64,000 nt of DNA, taken from positions 420,298,001-420,362,000 of the forward strand of contig NW_027362763.1 in the NCBI RefSeq assembly GCF_046119375.1, given 5' to 3'. The stretch is from Phyllobates terribilis (lineage: Eukaryota). The stretch's first letter is position 1. Every line of letters starts with the position of its first letter. Shown here piece after piece: positions 26,367 through 37,260 of this stretch. The position numbers were made by a program, and so were the translations under genes. The notes under the pieces were generated by a model that was not told the origin of the DNA, made no database searches, and saw nothing but the letters and a program-made list of their open reading frames with translations.

Positions 26367-29300
26367 GTACCCCCCCTTTAGGCCCCCCCTTTCTTAGGCC
26401 AGGGAGAAATTTATCAAGGATGAGCGGGGCATGGATGTTCTCCCGGGGCTCCCATGTTCTCTCCTCAGGACCAAACCCCTTACAATCCACTAGAAAAAAG
26501 GTCTTTCCTCTTACCCTCTTGATGGCCAGAATGCTCTCTACCTCAAACTCGTCTTCAGCGGAGACTGGAGCAGGAGGCGTACCTGTAGACTTGGAAAAAG
26601 AGTTAAGTACCACGGGTTTGAGGAGAGATACATGGAAGGAGTTGGGGATCCGCAAGTTGGCCGGGAGTTTCAATTTATAGGCCACCGGGTTGATTTGCTT
26701 GATAACTTCCAGTGGGCCGATGAACCGGGGCCCTAACTTTTAGGAAGGAATCTTGAGCCGGACATATTTGGACGAGAGCCAGACTTTATCTCCAGGACGG
26801 AATTGGGGCAGATCCAGACGTCTTTTGTCAGCCTGTTTCTTCATCCGCTCAGAGGACTGAAGAAATGCGGATCTGGTACTCTCCCAAATGGAGGAGAATT
26901 TGCTAACGAGACTCCGCGGCCGGGTTGTCCACGGAGGTGGAGACGGGAAACAGGATCCGGGGATTTTGACCGTAGACTAAAAAACGAGGATTTGGAAAAG
27001 GATTCACTCTCGTGATTGTTATAGGAGAATTCGGCCCACGGTAAAAGATCCACCCAATCGGAATGGTGGGCATTAACAAAGTGCCGGAGGTAACTGGTTA
27101 AAATTTGGTTGATCCACTCTACTTGACCATTGGACTGTGGGTGATAAGCAGAAGAGAAGTCCAAGGTGACCCCCAGCAGTTTACACGTGGCTCTCCAGAA
27201 GCGAGATGTGAACTGGACCCCTCGATCGGACACGATGTGGAGAGGAAGACCATGGAGACGGAAAATATGATGAATAAAGTCCTTAGCCAACTCAGATGCA
27301 GACGGAAGACCTGGCAGGGGAATGAAGTGGCAGGGGTAGGCCATGGAGACGGAAGATGTAGAGGAAGAAGTCCTTAGCAAGCACTGATGCAGATGGGAGA
27401 CCAGGCAGAGGGATGAAGTGGGCCATCTTAGAGAAGCGGTCAGCGACCACCCAAATGACCATACAACCAGCAGAGACAGGGAGATCCGTTATAAAGTCCA
27501 TGGCTATATGCTGCCACGGGGCAGCAGGTACGGGAAGAGGCAGAAGGCGGCCGGCTGGCAAATGTCTAGGAACCTTGTTGCGAGCGCAGGACGCACAGGC
27601 TGAGACAAAGTCTATTACCTCATTGCGCAGGGTAGGCCACCAGTAATGCCGGGTAATAAGCTGGAGGGTCTTCTTTTGGCCAGCATGGCCGGCTAGCTTA
27701 GACGAATGTCCCCAGTGCAGAACCTTCTCACGATCAGGTACTGTCACGAACGTCTTACCGGGTGGAAGACGATTCAGATCCACGGGAGCCACCTGCATTA
27801 CTTTGGCGGGGTCGATGATGTGCTTTGGCTCCTCCTCAAGATCGGAGGACAGAAAGGATCTGGACAAGGCATCGGCTTTGATATTTTTGTCTGCCGGGCG
27901 GAAATGAAGAATGAAATCAAAGCGGGCGAAGAACAAGGACCACCGGGCCTGGCGCGGGTTAAGTCTTTGGGCACTCTGGAGGTAAGCCAAGTTTTTGTGG
28001 TCCGTATAAATTATTACTGGATGAAGAGCCCCCTCGAGCAAGTAACGCCACTCCTCCAGTGCCAACTTAACGGCTAACAATTCTCGGTCTCCTATAGAAT
28101 AATTGCGCTCAGACGAGGAGAAGAGTTTGGAGAAGAAGCCGCAGGTTACCATTCTCCCGGATGGCGACTTTTGGGTGAGTACCTCTCCGGCTCCGGAGGA
28201 GGAAGCATCTACTTCTAAGAAGAATTGTTTGTTGCAGTCCGAACGGTGCAGCACAGAAGCGGAGGAGAAAGCTTGTTTCAAAGAAAGGAAGGCCTCCTCT
28301 GCCTCGGGCGGCCATTCTTTGGGACTAGCGCCCTTACGGGTGAGCGCGGAGATAGGGGCAGTCCGGGAAGAGAAGTGCTTAATGAAGAGGCGTTAGTAGT
28401 TGGCGAAGCCCAGGAACCGCTGAATAGCCTTCAACCCCTCCGGTCGGGGCCACTTCAGGATGGCAGAAAGTTTCTCAGGATCCATTCGTAGGCCGGTCTG
28501 GGAGATGACGTAGCCCAGAAATGGAAGCGAGGTCTGCTCAAAGAGGCACTTCTCAAATTTTGCGTAGAGGTGGTTTTGCCTGAGCCTGAGCAGGACTTGA
28601 CGAACGTCCCTCCGGTGTGTGGGAAGATCCGGAGAGAAGATCAAGATGTCGTCCAGGCACACCACCAAGCAGGAGTAGAGAAGGTCACGGAAGATGTCAT
28701 TGACCAACTCTTGAAAGACAGCGGGAGCATTACAGAGGCCGAAGGGCATTACGAGGTATTCATAGTGGCCGTCCCGGGTGTTGAATCCCGTCTTCCATTC
28801 ATCCCCCCGACGGATACGGACCAGGTTATACGCCCCACGGAGATCCAGCTTGGTGAAGATTCTGGCACCCCTCAGACGGTCAAATAATTCAGGAATGAGC
28901 GGAAGGGGGTATTTATTCTTCACCGTGATCCGGTTAAGACCTCTATAGTCAATACTGGGACGGAGTGAACCATCCTTTTTTTTAACGAAGAAGAAGCCTG
29001 CTCCCGCCGGGGAGGTAGATTTCCGGATAAATCCCCGGGCCAGATTTTCCTAGATATATTCAGACATGGCCCGGGTCTCGGCAGCGGACAATGGGTAAAT
29101 ACGCCCACGGGGTGGAGTAGCGCCGGGTACCAGGTCGATTGGGCAATCGTATGGTCTATGAGGGGGTAATGTCTCTGCTTCTTTCTTGTTGAAAACATCA
29201 GCATAAGACCAATAAGGGACCGGTAGGCCGGGTAGATTGGCTGGAGAAGAGAGGGACGAGCAGGACGAATAGGAACTAAACAAGTCTTATGGCAGTCCTG

Positions 29301-29700
29301 CCCCCAGCGTAGGACTTCTCCGGTCTGCCAATTCAGCACGGGTGCATGTCTCTGGAGCCAAGGTAGGCCTAACAAAAGGGCGTGAGAGAGTCCGGGTAGA
29401 ACATGGAAGAAGATGCTCTGAGTGCAGCATTCCCTCCTGCAGAGTTATGGGTTCGGTGATGAGTTGGATGGTTTGCGGTAAGAGACCCCCATCCACGGAG
29501 GCGACAGATAAGGGTTCAGCCAGAGGTTTAGTGGGAATGCGGTATTTCTCTACCAGGGACTGAGAAATGAGATTTCCGGCAGCTCCAGAATCAAGTTGAG
29601 CTAGTTCAAAGTAACGGTTCTCCCCTCAGATGATGGAGAGGGTTTACTCTTGTCTAGGACGACCTCTCTGAGCGCTCCTAGACACAGGCGTTTCCCGGCC
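26362..29700 (-). pseudogene. pol: Gypsy 1 pol (protease LDSGA, RT, RNase H, integrase, chromodomain)
   Basis: 28393-28923 is RT ([18 protein letters not shown]); 27292-28281 is RH plus IN zinc finger; 26841-27380 is the IN core; 26362-26685 is GPY/F plus chromodomain (FEVESIL...W EP). Several stops and frameshifts. Confidence 0.93.
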
Positions 29701-30920
29701 TCTCTGGGCAGGCACGGATCTGGTGCTCCTTACTGCCACAGTAGAAACAGCTCCCCTCGGCACGGCGTGACTCTTGACGGGTTTTGACCATCTTGGTCTG
29801 GTTGGTTGACCTGCATGGGCTCTGGCGAGTGCACCCGGGGAGTTACAGATGAAGAGACGGGTCTCTGGAAAGTAGGAGCAAGTCGGGGAAACTTCCTCTC
29901 ACGGGTGACCTCTTTGGTACGCTCCTGGAACCGGATGTCAATCCGGGTGGCAAGTGTCACCAAGTCATCCAGGGTGGTTGGAATGTCCCGACCGGCAAGT
30001 TCATCTTTAATCCGGCCGGATAGGCCCTCCCAGAAGACAGACACCAGGGCCTCGTTATCCCAGGCGAGCTCGGAAGCAAGGGTACGGAACCGTATGGCAT
30101 ATTGTCCCACGGTGAGACTCCCTTGGCGGAGGCGTAGCAGAGAGGAGGCAGAAGAGGTCTTTCAGCAGCAGAAGGGAAGGAAGGGAGACACAGATTCTCT
30201 ACTTCGTGGGGTAGGCGGAGCCCCATAGGATAGTCACCTCAGATTGGAAAATGACGACCGGCCCCTCCAGTATATAGGCTCCTCCTACTCCCATGTTCAT
30301 CAGTCTTTTTATCTGAGGTCTCAGAGGATAGTCGCTGCTTCGGCAGCTCCTCAGAAGAGTTTGTTATTTTATATCCAGCGATTCCTGGACCCCCCGTGGT
30401 TTAGAGGTCTCTAGGGGTCTCGGCGCTGCTGAGACCCCTGACCCTCCCCTGGCAGCTCTGTGTACCCCTTGAGGAGGTTCCCACTTATGCCTGCCGGCCC
30501 CGGGGGATACAGGGCGCTCCCTGGCGGAGGCGCACACCACACATCTGAGAGGGTCCCTGCGTGCTCTGCCATAGGGGGGAGCAAAGGGCCATGGCGCCAC
30601 ACATCCCTGAGGATCCCTGTGGCGTTCAGCCGGGTAAGTGCTCTTTGGTCTAAAGAGTATCTTTGACGGCTACGGCAAGTGTACTGCCTGTGTGTTTCTT
30701 GTCTATTTCAGACGCTGCCTTGACTGGGGAGCAGAGACGGAGGCCAGTAATTTTTATTTTTTATTTGCGCATGCTTTTTTCGTTTTTGCTTCCTGCCTTC
30801 ATTGAGGCAGGAAGCTCCCTGTATTTGCGCGCGTTTCCTTGCTTTTATTGACTTGCTTCCTGCCTTCATAGAGGTAGGAAGTTTTCTGCCCTCGTTTTTT
30901 GAATAAGCGCGGGCTTTGGC

Positions 30921-30992
30921 GGGGGGGGGGGGGGCGTGGTCTAGCGGGGGCGTGGCCTAGCGGGCGTGACCTAGTGGGGGCGTGGCTTAGCG
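30921..30992 (+). promoter_or_regulatory. Tandem GC boxes, probable internal DIRS promoter
   Basis: Four GGGCGTG(G/A) motifs separated by CTAG-like spacers, in a CpG-rich segment upstream of ORF1. Confidence 0.5.
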
Positions 30993-31117
30993 TCTCCTGG
31001 CTTCCTGCCGTCATTACTTAGACAGGAAGTGCTTGGTTGAGCACGCGCTGGCAGTCCCTGCTTCTCCCTCCGGCGTCCAGCGGCATCTCCTGCTCTCTGC
31101 TCCCCGTCCGTCCGTCC

Positions 31118-31442
31118 ACACACTCAGGAGGAGCGGTCGCCGCAGTACCGGTGAGTCCCCTCTGCCTCTGGCAGAGGTTCGTTGTCAGTGCTGTCACTTC
31201 GGCTACCTATTAGGAGTCCTCGTGAGCACTGCCGCTTTCCCTCCTAAAGCTATTTACTCCACTGACCTTTTTAGGCAGCGTAGTATTATAGTTGCTGTGA
31301 TGTTAACCCCTTCTGAACAAGTGGAGCTTTAGGGGAAACACATGGTGTTTAAGGGAATTTCTCCCTTTGATTTTTTTGCTCGGCATTTCTGGGGTAGCTC
31401 TTTTCTAAGAGTGAGCTTTAACCCTTCAGAGCCTGACGCATA

Positions 31443-31473
<31 letters not shown>

Positions 31474-31820
31474 TGAAGCGACACACTCAGGAGGAGCGGT
31501 CGCTGCAGTACCCCCTCTGCCTCTGGCAGGGGTTCTTTGTCAGTGCTGTCACTTCAGCTACCTATTATGAGTCCTCGTGAGCACTGCCGCTTTCTCTCCT
31601 AAAGCTATTTACTTCACTGACCTTTTAGGCAGCGTGGTATTATAGTTGCTGTGATGTTAACCCCTTCTGAAAAAGTGGAACTTTAGGGGAAACACATGGT
31701 GTTTAAGGGAGTTTCCCCCTATTGATTTTTGCTCGGCTTTCTGGGGTAGCTCTTTTCTAAGGGTGAGCTTTAACCCCTCAGAGCCTGACGCATATATAAA
31801 AAAAAAAAAAAAAAAAGAGT
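31118..31820 (+). repeat. ~363-bp tandem duplication in the DIRS 5' leader
   Basis: Copies start ACACACTCAGGAGGAGCGGTCGC at 31118 and 31481; each ends GCATATATA followed by poly(A). Confidence 0.93.
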
Positions 31821-31900
31821 GAGTTTTGAAAACAGGCTGTGCAGCTTTTACACTTTTTTTGCCATCCTTGTTGTACATCCTGGCATCTGGTGTGGGTGGC

Positions 31901-33202
31901 ATGTCGGATCAGGGGCCTGGGAGTGCGGATCGGTCTCCTGATCCGTTTCAGGTTCAGTCGCACGCCTCTGATACACTCAGGCCTTCTACTACATCAAGTT
32001 CAACGCTCAGTGATGTTAAAGTGGAGGCGCTCAGTCGCTCCATTAATAGTCTCTCTAGTCTCCTGGGACAGTGGGTGTCAGCTAGATCACACCCAATGCC
32101 ACGAGGTAAAAAGCGCCACAAGACTATGGTGGCGTTGTCTCCCTCGCAGAGCGCATCAGAGGCTTCGGATTCACCAACAGATTCGGTTGATGAAATTTCT
32201 GAGTCCGAAGAGGAGGATCAACAGGATCGCTCTGTTTCTCTTTCAGGTCGTGTAGATGGGCTTATTAAGGACATGCGGGAAGTATTAGAGCTGTCTGAAG
32301 AGCCGACAAGACCGTCTAGGTCGGCCCGTCTGTATCAGAAGACGCGCCGTGTTCGTTCTACATTACCTGCGCATGAGGAACTTAACGAATCGGTGGAGAA
32401 GGAGCGTCAGTGTCCGGATAAACGCTTCCGAGGAACGCGTTTTTTTGATGCCCTATATCCCTGTGCCAAGGAGATGTTTATTAATTGGGTTCCCTCTCCT
32501 GAGGTGGATATATCTCTGTCTCAGGTGACCAAGTCTTCCCTGCTTCCTGTTAAAGGGAGAGCCAATCTTCAGGATCCTTTGGACAGAAGATCGGAGTCAG
32601 CGGCGAAATCCATCTATGAAGCCGCAGGTCATGGTTTCCAAGCGGCCTTGGGGGCCATGTGGGCCGGTGAGGCTTCTCTGCGGTGGTTGGATCAGCTGCG
32701 TGCGGCGTGGCAGGATGGGACTTCGCGTTCAGAAGTGGAAAAGCTTTTTCAGCGAATGGAAGAAGCTATGTGTTATGGCAGAGATGCAGTACTGGACACT
32801 GCTTCAATTCTATCCAGGGCTCAGGCTTCGGCAGTCACGATTAGAAGAGCTCTGTGGCTTAAACAGTGGACCGGAGATGCGGTATCTAAACAGGGATTGC
32901 TTAGTCTGGCATATAAGGGCGGTCAGCTCTTTGGTTCAGATCTTTTGGAACTAATTGCCAAAGCTAAAGCTAAGGATGTTACTCTGCCTGGGAAAAAGGC
33001 AGTGGCATCCACAGCCAGCAGGACAGGGCCCGGCAGAGGTCTTCGGTCCTTTCGGGCCAGGGGACGATTCAGTCAGCCTTCTTGGAGATTGGGTCGTCCC
33101 TCATCCTCCGGCAGATCCGCCCAGAAATCTCGTACTCCCTGGAAGCAACGGTCCCGTCAGGACAGACGGGAGGTTGATAAAAAGTCCGCTAAGGCTGACT
33201 GA
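31901..33202 (+). CDS. gag: DIRS ORF1 (gag-like), uninterrupted
   Basis: Open frame from the first ATG at 31901. Ser-rich N-terminus, DPLDRR and RRALWLKQWTGD motifs, basic C-terminus; lies upstream of and overlaps ORF2. Confidence 0.85.
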   Translation: MSDQGPGSADRSPDPFQVQSHASDTLRPSTTSSSTLSDVKVEALSRSINSLSSLLGQWVSARSHPMPRGKKRHKTMVALSPSQSASEASDSPTDSVDEISESEEEDQQDRSVSLSGRVDGLIKDMREVLELSEEPTRPSRSARLYQKTRRVRSTLPAHEELNESVEKERQCPDKRFRGTRFFDALYPCAKEMFINWVPSPEVDISLSQVTKSSLLPVKGRANLQDPLDRRSESAAKSIYEAAGHGFQAALGAMWAGEASLRWLDQLRAAWQDGTSRSEVEKLFQRMEEAMCYGRDAVLDTASILSRAQASAVTIRRALWLKQWTGDAVSKQGLLSLAYKGGQLFGSDLLELIAKAKAKDVTLPGKKAVASTASRTGPGRGLRSFRARGRFSQPSWRLGRPSSSGRSAQKSRTPWKQRSRQDRREVDKKSAKAD

Positions 33203-35105
33203 CGCCAGGGATCCCCCCGAGGGCTCTCGGGTGGGAGGTCGTCTGCTACAATTCGGGTCGATCTGGCCATCCCACATAGCAGATGCCTGGGTGACACGGG
33301 TTATGTCGGCAGGCTATTTCATAGAGTTTCATTCTCTACCTCCAGACAGGTTTCGTCTGACGGGCATTCCGTCCGTGCCAAGACTGGCTGCCGCACTGTT
33401 TCAGGAGGCCGACTCTCTCCTACAGCAGGGTGTGGTGGTTCAGGTTCCTCCGGAAGACCAGGGAAAGGGTTTTTATTCCAACCTTTTTGTGGTCCCCAAA
33501 AAGGAGGACAAGTTTCGTCCGGGGCTGGATCTCAGGGATTTGAATATTTACGTCCAGACACGGAAATTCCGCATGGAGTCTCTCCGATCGGTGATGGCGA
33601 CCCTGTCGCAGTACGATTTCTTGGTGTCGATAGACATCCGCGACGCCTATTTGCATATCCCTATCGGCAGGGCTCACCAGCGTTTCTTGCGTTTCGCTAT
33701 AGGTCAAGCCCATTACCAGTTTGTGGCCCTACCCTTCGGGTTGGCCTCAGCTCCCAGGGTTTTTACAAAAATTCTGGCTCCTCTCATGGCGCTTCTTCGA
33801 AGACAGGGGGTTACGATCCTCCCCTACCTGGACGACCTTTTCATAGTGTCACCCACAGCAGAGGAGGCAATAACGGCTCGCGGTCTCTCCCTTCAGTACC
33901 TGATGGACTTCGGGTGGCTGATCAATTGGAAGAAATCGTCATTGGAGCTAGCACAGTCCATTCTTTTCCTGGGGATGCAGTTCGATACAGTTCGGGCAGT
34001 TGTGTCCCTGCCTCCTGTCAAACAGACGAACCTTCGTCTTCTGGTCCAGGCTATGAGGTCGGCGCTGTCAATGTCCCTTCGGGAATGCATGCGCCTTCTG
34101 GTTCAAATGGTGGCAACTATGGAAGCAGTACCGTTTGCACAATTTCATTCCCGGGATCTCCAAAACCTTATTCTGACCCATTAGGATCGATCGCTAACTT
34201 CTCTGGATCGCTCGGTCATTATCTCCCGCAGGGTGCGAGAGTCTCTTGGATGGTGGTTACGTCCGGAGACTCTATCCGTGGGGAAATCCTTCCTTCCCCC
34301 GAGATGGTCGGTGGTGACAACCGATGCCAGCCGGACAGGCTGGGGGGGAGTTTGGAACGACCTCTGGATTCAGGGGGTCTGGTCGCCAAAGGAGTCGTCT
34401 CTCCCGATCAACATTTTGGAGTTGAGAGCAATATTTCTCTGCCTCCAACATTGGACGGTCTTATTAAGCGGTCTACCGGTCCGGATCCAGTCGGACAACG
34501 CTACGGCTGTCGCGTACATCAACCACCAAGGCGGGACAAGGAGTTCCAGTCTCATGTCGGAGGTCTCTCGAATCCTGGTCTGGGCCGAGTCCAAAGTTCC
34601 AGCAATTTCTGCAATTCACATTCCAGGGGTGTTGAATATCTCGGCGGACTTCCTCAGTCGCGAGCAAGTGGACCCTGGGGAATGGAGTCTCCATCCAGAA
34701 GTGTTTTCTCTGCTGTGTTCCCGTTGGGGGACTCCTCAGGTGGACTTGATGGCATCCAGGCTGAACGCCAGGGTTCCGATGTTCATGTCCAGGTACAGGG
34801 ACCCGGAGGCGGTGGCGGTGGATGCTTTAGTGGCCCCGTGGGGTCAGTTCAAGCTGATCTATGCGTTTCCGCCGATATCCTTACTGCCTCTGGTGATCCG
34901 ACGGATCAAACTCGAAGGGGTATCAATAATTCTGATAGCACCAGACTGGCCGCGGAGGACATGGTATTCGACGCTGGTGTCTCTTCAGGCGGCACCTCCG
35001 TTTCCGCTGCCCCTTCGCCCGGACTTGCTCACTCAGGGACCCATTCGTCATCTGGACCTGAGGTCCCTTCGTTTGACGGCGTGGCTCTTGAGACCGAGAT
35101 CTTGA
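32955..35105 (+). pseudogene. pol: DIRS ORF2: RT, RNase H and methyltransferase-like domain, one in-frame stop
   Basis: SIDIRDAYLH, LPFGL and PYLDD (RT); TTDASRTGWG, INILELRA, SDNATAV and NISADFLS (RH); VDLMAS and YAFPP (MT-like). The TAG at 34182-34184 joins two same-frame ORFs. Confidence 0.93.
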
Positions 35106-36117
35106 CCCGTCGCGGTTTTTCGCCCGAGGTCATTGCTACCTTGTGGGCGGCCCGGAGTCCAGCTACGTCCAGGATTTATCACAGAACTTGGGAGTCTTTC
35201 TATTCATGGTGTTCTGGATCCTCGAGAAACCCGAGGGTTTTTTCCATCCCCAACTTCTTGGCCTTTCTGCAATCTAGTCTGGCCAGGGGTTTGGCAGTAA
35301 GTACGGTGCGGGGACAGGCTTCTGCTCTTTCCGCACTTTTTAGGAAGGCTATTGCCTCTCGCAGGGATGTTCGTTCTTTTTTTCGCGGAGTCGCACGTCA
35401 GTTTCGCCACGGAGGGCAGTTGTGGCTCCATGGCGGCTTTATCTAGTCCTGGAAGCCCTTCAGCATAGGCCTTTTGAGCCTATGGATTCTGCTAAACTTT
35501 TACTACTTTCTTGGAAGGTGGCCTTCTTGGTGGCAGTCACCTCTTTGAGAAGGGTATCGGAATTGGCAGCACTTTCTTGCTTACCTCCTTTCCTGGAATT
35601 TTTTCCGGATCGCGTGGTGCTTCGTACTCGTGAAGATTTTTTGCCTAAGGTAGTGTCACAATTCCACATTAATCAGGACATTGTGTTGCCTTCGCTTTGT
35701 CCAGGACCTAAGAATCCAAGGGAGCGGGCCTTGCACTCGTTGGACTTAGTGCGGGCATTGAAGTTCTATCTTACGATCACTCAAGGTTTTCGGAAGTCGG
35801 ACTCTCTTTTTGTAATTCCGGCAGGTCGTCGGCGTGGTCAACGTGCTTCCAAAGACACGATAGCTCGGTGGATCCGTTCAGCTATCCTGGAAGCGTACCG
35901 GCTCAAGGGCGAGCCTTGTCCGGTTAAAGTTAAAGCTCATTCCGCGAGAGCCATTGGCTCATCGTGGGCTTTTCGTCAGGGGGCCTCGGCAGCGCAGCTC
36001 TGCCGGGCGGCCACCTGGCGCTCCGTTCACACCTTTACTAAGTTTTATAAGGTGGACGTAAGTGCTTCAGCCGATGCGGCCCTGGGGCGCAGGGTCCTGC
36101 AGGCGGCGGTAATTTAA
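33914..36117 (+). pseudogene. DIRS ORF3 tyrosine recombinase, one frameshift near 35400-35425
   Basis: SLRRVSEL (R), KAHSAR (HxxR), TWRS and TKFY (Y). ORFs 33914-35446 and 35422-36117 are in different frames. Confidence 0.92.
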
Positions 36118-36235
36118 GTTATCCCTTTATTTAGTTTTCCATTATTTAGCGTGGTTTGCGCTCTTGCCTAAGTTTTGGGGTATGGAAGCTTCTGCCTCTA
36201 TTTCCCACTCTTAAGTAGGTACTGCTTTAGGACGT

Positions 36236-36350
36236 CCCACGAAGTAGAGAATCTGTGTCTCCCTTCCTTCCCTTCTGCTGCTGAAAGACGGATTTTGGTA
36301 AGAACTTACCTGTAAAATTCTTTTCAGCGAAGGAAGGAAGGGAGACACAG
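36236..36350. repeat. DIRS internal complementary region (ICR)
   Basis: Complementary in turn to the left ITR start, the right extension and the right ITR end. It contains the reverse complement of the circle junction (TGAAAGAC, 36282-36289). Confidence 0.95.
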
Positions 36351-37260
36351 CACCCTCCCAGGGCAGAAGTGTGTTGTTGTGTTTCTAGATGCAGCGCGTC
36401 TCCTTCCTGATGTCGATCTTCTGGACTGGGTTTAGCGCTCTACGGCTCTCCTTCCAGTTTCGCCAGCTCTACACAGTTGTCAGGTCCAATGGGGTATGCC
36501 TAAGACTGTGTGTTTCTATTACATAACCTGTTTTCTCTCATTTCAGAAGGGGATATGTTGTTCTGCTGGTTGGTCTGCTCTTCCTTAGCTTGTGTACGGA
36601 CTGATGAACATGGGAGTAGGAGGAGCCTATATACTGGAGGGGCCGGTCGTCATTTTCCAATCTGAGGTGACTATCCTATGGGGCTCCGCCTACCCCACGA
36701 AGTAGAGAATCTGTGTCTCCCTTCCTTCCTTCGCTGAAAAGGATTTTACAGGTAAGTTCTTACCAAAATCCGTCTTTCATCCTGGTTCGTCGAAGACTTT
36801 CCGGAAAGCCGTGAGAAAGGCTGGCAAGTTGGACACCAGGGGGTCTCCTCTCTCCCATAGAGGATTTAGCCAGGCCAGTGCCTCCCCAGTGAGATGGGAC
36901 ATGATGAAGGCCACCTTGGCCCGGTCGGTGGTGAACTGCTGTGCCAAAAGTTCTAAGTGCAGGGTGCACTGGTTAATGAAGCCCCGTGCCAGGCCGGGGT
37001 CTCCACCAAAACGAGGCGGGGTGGAAAGGCGGGGACCGGGAAGGGATGCCATGGTATTGATGGGCAGCGACGCTGCCGGGGTAGTAGTTGTGCGAGTGTA
37101 AGCAGCTCCCGATGAGGCAGTCAGTGTGTCCAGGCGGGAGTTAACACTACGCAGGTGACTCAGGATGGACTCCTGTTGGGACCTCTGACGGGATAGTTCA
37201 TGGCATTGGTCCAAGAGAGAGGGAGCTTGGGTGCCACCGGGTTCCATGGCCCAAGCAAAC

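Larger units (their letters stand above)
30157..36779 (+). mobile_element. DIRS1-type tyrosine-recombinase retrotransposon, full length
   Basis: Left ITR at about 30160-30305, right ITR at about 36599-36735 plus a right extension to 36779, an internal complementary region at about 36236-36350, and gag, RT/RH/MT and YR ORFs. Confidence 0.97.
29730..37247 (-). pseudogene. gag: Gypsy 1 gag split by DIRS (37247-36780 joined to 30156-29730)
   Basis: MEPGGTQAPS...FRKVFDEPG | KTSSASSLLRLRQGSLTVGQYAIRFRTLASELAW...PEPMQV. Confidence 0.9.

Noticed and set aside
25508-26680. ORFs in the Gypsy 1 LTRs (also 37160-38181)
   Set aside because: These are low-complexity translations of 45-bp and 57-bp repeats in GC-rich sequence, with no domain signature.
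31448-31472. Poly(A) tract as a separate retrocopy tail
   Set aside because: It recurs at the same place in both copies of the DIRS leader duplication and has no TSD.
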